The notes beneath the pieces were generated by a model that was not told the origin of the DNA, did no database searches, and saw nothing but the letters and a program-made list of their open reading frames with translations. DNA of 63,873 bases, filler included. It is 8 parts of 8 records of this genome, joined end to end, with 100 filler letters (N's around TTAATTAATTAA, not from the genome) between each part and the next. Parts side by side here need not be neighbours in the genome. Positions count along the whole stretch, not along the records: positions 58,464 to 63,873 come from SRR31156797_98612; 7 more parts are not named here. One strand, given 5' to 3'. Each line of letters begins with the position of its first letter. Position 1 is the stretch's first letter. Positions 60,608 to 63,873 of the stretch are shown piece after piece. The translations under genes were made by a program, and so were the position numbers.

Positions 60608-61015
60608 ATGAACAAACGAGATACTCGGATAAGTACCGTTCGTGGTATTTATTCATATGATTTTAATAAAAACACTCAGCATATTATGAGCATGATGGAC
60701 GATTTGTCAATGAATGAGAATTCAATCATGTCTTCTGAGAACACTGTCAATTCTGTAATAAGCAATATTAAGACACTGGATGAGACTATTTCCAAGTACT
60801 TAAAGAAGTGGACTCTGGAGAGACTCCCTAGTGTAGACAGAGCAATTCTTCGAGTTGCTGCCTATGAATTGATGTTCTGCGACGATATTCCCATTGGTGC
60901 AACAATAAATGAAGCCATAGAAATAGCGAAGGAATACGGCACGGAAAAATCATCAGGATATATTAATGGTGTATTATCATCTATTGCAAAAAGCATAGAT
61001 ATAGAAAATAACTAG
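60608..61015 (+). CDS. nusB: Transcription antitermination factor NusB
   Basis: WTLERL..VDRAILR.A.YE, INEAIEIAK, YINGVL. Confidence 0.92.
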   Translation: MNKRDTRISTVRGIYSYDFNKNTQHIMSMMDDLSMNENSIMSSENTVNSVISNIKTLDETISKYLKKWTLERLPSVDRAILRVAAYELMFCDDIPIGATINEAIEIAKEYGTEKSSGYINGVLSSIAKSIDIENN

Positions 61016-61026
61016 GAGCTTGAAAA

Positions 61027-61863
61027 ATGCAGATAATTGATGGAAAAGCATTGGCAAAACAATTAAGGGAAGATATCGCAAAAGAGATTGAAGGTTTTCA
61101 AAAGAAACCAAAGCTAGTAGTTGTAATAGTAGGTGAAGACCCTGCTTCAAAGGTTTACGTTGCGAGTAAAGAAAAGAATGCAAAGCAGGTAGGCATGGAT
61201 TCAGAGATTATTCGAATGGATGCATCGACTACTCAGGAAGCTTTAATTGAAGTGGTTAATAGATTGAATAATGATAAATCAGTTAATGGGATATTAGTAC
61301 AGTTTCCTGTACCAAAGCATATAGATGAAAGCATTATCATGAATACTATATCTCCTGAAAAAGATGTAGATGGTCTTAATTCAGTAAATGTTGGCAAGCT
61401 GGTTACAGGCAATGCTGTTCTGATGCCATGTACTCCCAGCGGCATAATAAAACTAATTGAATCAACCGAGACTGCAATAGAAGGCAAAAATGCAGTTGTT
61501 ATTGGCAGAAGTATGCTAGTTGGTAAGCCAATAGCTATGATGTTGATGCAAAGAAATGCAACTGTTACCATCTGCCACTCCAGAACTCGTGAATTGGCAG
61601 AACATGTATCAAATGCAGATATTATTATTGCAGCTGTAGGCAAAGCAAAGCTAGTAACAGAAGATATGGTAAAAGACGGCGCGCTAGTAATCGATGTGGG
61701 AACGAACAAGGTGAACAAGCGCTTAACTGGCGATGTGGACTTCGAAAACGTAAAAGAAAAAACTAGCTTTATTACCCCTGTTCCAGGCGGTGTAGGGCCT
61801 ATGACAATAGCAATGCTTCTGATGAACACAGTCACTGCATTCAAAACGCAGAATAATTTATAA
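61027..61863 (+). CDS. folD: Methylenetetrahydrofolate dehydrogenase / cyclohydrolase
   Basis: IIDGK, EKDVDG, PCTP, GRS..VGKP, TPVPGGVGPMT. Confidence 0.97.
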   Translation: MQIIDGKALAKQLREDIAKEIEGFQKKPKLVVVIVGEDPASKVYVASKEKNAKQVGMDSEIIRMDASTTQEALIEVVNRLNNDKSVNGILVQFPVPKHIDESIIMNTISPEKDVDGLNSVNVGKLVTGNAVLMPCTPSGIIKLIESTETAIEGKNAVVIGRSMLVGKPIAMMLMQRNATVTICHSRTRELAEHVSNADIIIAAVGKAKLVTEDMVKDGALVIDVGTNKVNKRLTGDVDFENVKEKTSFITPVPGGVGPMTIAMLLMNTVTAFKTQNNL

Positions 61864-61882
61864 AGAACACAGGGTATAATAA

Positions 61883-63088
61883 ATGGCTTCAAAGCTGGTA
61901 TATACAGTAGTTGAACTAAATAATTATGTGAAGCGTATACTGGATTTTGAGCATGGGCTCAATAGAATTCAGGTGCGAGGCGAAATTTCCAATCTTAGCG
62001 TTACCCGCCAAGGGCATATGTACTTTACTTTAAAAGATGAATCTGCTAGAATTCGGTGTGTGTATTTTAACTATGATAATAGTAAAGATATAAAAAATAC
62101 TCAGGCTGTAGTCGTTACAGGTAAGGTATCACTCTATGTAACAGGCGGAGATTATCAGCTGATAGTTCAAAGCGTGGAATTTGCCGGGATTGGTTATTAT
62201 TATGAACAGCTGGAAAAGCTAAAGAAAAAACTTATGGCAGAGGGTTTGTTTGATGATAAATACAAGAAACCTCTCCCCCTGTATCCAAAAGCTATAGGAC
62301 TGATAACATCTGAACAAGGTGCTGCAATAGGAGATGTGACAAAGGTACTAAACGACAGATACCCATATGTGACGGTTTACCACTACCCTGTTTTTGTTCA
62401 AGGACATGTTGCCTCCAAATCCATCGTTAAAGCTATTAATTACTTCAGCGAAACAAAGCTGGTCGATACTATTATCCTGACCAGAGGCGGCGGCTCAGAA
62501 GAAGACCTTTGGGAATTTAATAAGGAATCAGTCGCCAGGGCGGTATTTGAATGTTCTATTCCAATAATATCGGCTGTTGGGCATCAGATGGATTATTCAG
62601 TATGCGACTATGTTGCAGATATCCGTGAATCAACGCCATCAACAGCTGCTGCAAAAGCAGTAGAAGGCTGTGAAAATATTGTTAATGAATTATACTACAG
62701 AGCAGAATTGGCTAATACAGCTATAATTAACCAACTTACAACTCTGGAGAATATACTGCATATAAGCAACTCAATAATCAAATCGCTTAGTCCAGTTAAT
62801 AGATTAAACAGCAATTATCAGCGATTGACCTACTGCAAAGAAAAACTGCTGAGGATTATGGATGACATACTTAAAGGAAAATCAGCAGAGATTAATGCTA
62901 AACTATCAGTTATTGAACTTCTTGATCCAAAACTTCCTCTTGATAAAGGATATATGATGGCAACTGATAAGGATAATAACGTGATTAAATCAATTGAGCA
63001 GTTAAAGAGAATTAAGAATTTTATCCTGACTGCGCATGACGGAGATACATTAGCAAGAACTATAGATAAAGAGGTAAAAAATGAATAA
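61883..63088 (+). CDS. xseA: Exodeoxyribonuclease VII large subunit
   Basis: GEISN, GHMYFTLKD, RGGGSEEDL, SAVGH, TPSTAA. Confidence 0.95.
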   Translation: MASKLVYTVVELNNYVKRILDFEHGLNRIQVRGEISNLSVTRQGHMYFTLKDESARIRCVYFNYDNSKDIKNTQAVVVTGKVSLYVTGGDYQLIVQSVEFAGIGYYYEQLEKLKKKLMAEGLFDDKYKKPLPLYPKAIGLITSEQGAAIGDVTKVLNDRYPYVTVYHYPVFVQGHVASKSIVKAINYFSETKLVDTIILTRGGGSEEDLWEFNKESVARAVFECSIPIISAVGHQMDYSVCDYVADIRESTPSTAAAKAVEGCENIVNELYYRAELANTAIINQLTTLENILHISNSIIKSLSPVNRLNSNYQRLTYCKEKLLRIMDDILKGKSAEINAKLSVIELLDPKLPLDKGYMMATDKDNNVIKSIEQLKRIKNFILTAHDGDTLARTIDKEVKNE

Positions 63089-63314
63089 TTTTAAATCTAT
63101 CAGCATTAAATTAAATACAGTAGATGATGTAAATGAATTTGTTGCGTTAGCTACACTAAACGATGGCGATGTAGATGTTCGCTGCGAAAGATATGTAGTA
63201 GACGGCAAATCCATTCTCGGTCTTCTGTCATTGGATTTAAAGAAAGTATTAACTCTAGATATCTACGGTGGAGATTTAGAGGATAAAATCCAGAAATTTA
63301 TTGTAAAAGACTAA
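63081..63314 (+). CDS. HPr-like protein
   Basis: YVVDGKSILG (Ser46 motif); contains no His. Confidence 0.82.
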   Translation: MNNFKSISIKLNTVDDVNEFVALATLNDGDVDVRCERYVVDGKSILGLLSLDLKKVLTLDIYGGDLEDKIQKFIVKD

Positions 63315-63324
63315 AGGAAATATT

Positions 63325-63843
63325 ATGCAACTACATGATAAAAATTGTCAGGAAGAAAACCGACTGATAATTCTGTACCTTTATAACAAAATGTTTATGC
63401 CATTAAAAGATGCTTTTGTAGAGGAATTCTTCTACGACAGGGATTGGATGACATATTTTGATATGAAGGCACAGCTGCTAAACCTCTTTGACGATGGTTA
63501 TCTAGAGGCTCATGATAGTATGAAGCGCATCAGTTCAAAGGGGCTTTTTGTGCTGGATAATTTTAAAACAGATATACCGTTTTCCATTAGAGAAGAAATA
63601 GATAATTATGTGCTGGAAAACAAGAAAAAGGTAATGAGGGATATGGAAATATACGCAAACTACTCACAAAAATCAAATGTAGAATTCCCTGTGGAGCTTA
63701 AATTATTTGAGAACAACTTTGAGGTATTAGCCCTACGCATAATAGCTCCTAATCGTAATCAAGCAAGTGAAATATGTAATAAATTTCGTGACAATGCTGA
63801 CGAAATCTATGCAGATATAATAGGTAAAATTACAAAAGAATAA
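63325..63843 (+). CDS. DUF4364 family protein
   Basis: ENRLIILY, YF, A..IC.KF..NA..IY pattern typical of clostridial DUF4364. Confidence 0.7.
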   Translation: MQLHDKNCQEENRLIILYLYNKMFMPLKDAFVEEFFYDRDWMTYFDMKAQLLNLFDDGYLEAHDSMKRISSKGLFVLDNFKTDIPFSIREEIDNYVLENKKKVMRDMEIYANYSQKSNVEFPVELKLFENNFEVLALRIIAPNRNQASEICNKFRDNADEIYADIIGKITKE

Positions 63844-63873
63844 AAAATGCAAGAAGCTTTTATGAAATAAAAG

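Noticed and set aside
1-63873. CRISPR arrays, transposases, integrases, phage or defence genes
   Set aside because: None recognised in the ORF track or by reading the intergenic regions.

Overview
This window is not one genomic locus. It is eight unrelated fragments joined by seven artificial 100-nt linkers (N44-TTAATTAATTAA-N44), so gene context is only valid within a fragment. Taxonomic labels below are inferred from base composition and gene style. F1 (1-10850, GC-rich, alphaproteobacterial-like): end of a C-P lyase operon (phnL, phnM, DUF1045 2H phosphoesterase, EEP enzyme), converging on a GH31 / unknown 824-aa / CE15-like operon that diverges from a sugar ABC binding protein. F2 (10951-16018, Bacteroidota-like): hydrolase tail, NRAMP/YcsG-like transporter, 5-oxoprolinase. 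F3 (16119-21740, Bacteroidota-like): GH31, URO-D/MT2-like protein, Gfo/Idh/MocA oxidoreductase, SSS transporter. F4 (21841-29552, Desulfobacterota-like): fadN-like gene, divergent MmpH-like (alpha/alpha)6 protein plus acyltransferase, PsrA-like TetR and RND pump. F5 (29653-35515, Planctomycetota-like): cdsA-phoH-pgpH-like-ybeY-CNNM-recO and a palindromic repeat. F6 (35616-48384, alphaproteobacterial): housekeeping block from tsaB to nusA with a SAM-II riboswitch before metK. F7 (48485-58363, Desulfovibrionaceae-like): half tRNA(CAT), MATE, asparaginase, AraC/EamA, ADP-forming acyl-CoA ligase plus DRTGG protein, rnc, sigma54 flagellin. F8 (58464-63873, AT-rich clostridial-like): rbgA start, DivIVA-like gene, asp23-amaP-DUF2273-nusB-folD-xseA-HPr-like-DUF4364. 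The best candidate for an undescribed system is F4: a homolog of the mycobacterial methylmannose-polysaccharide hydrolase that shares a duplicated FadR-like operator with a beta-oxidation gene. Family calls come from motif recognition, not database searches.
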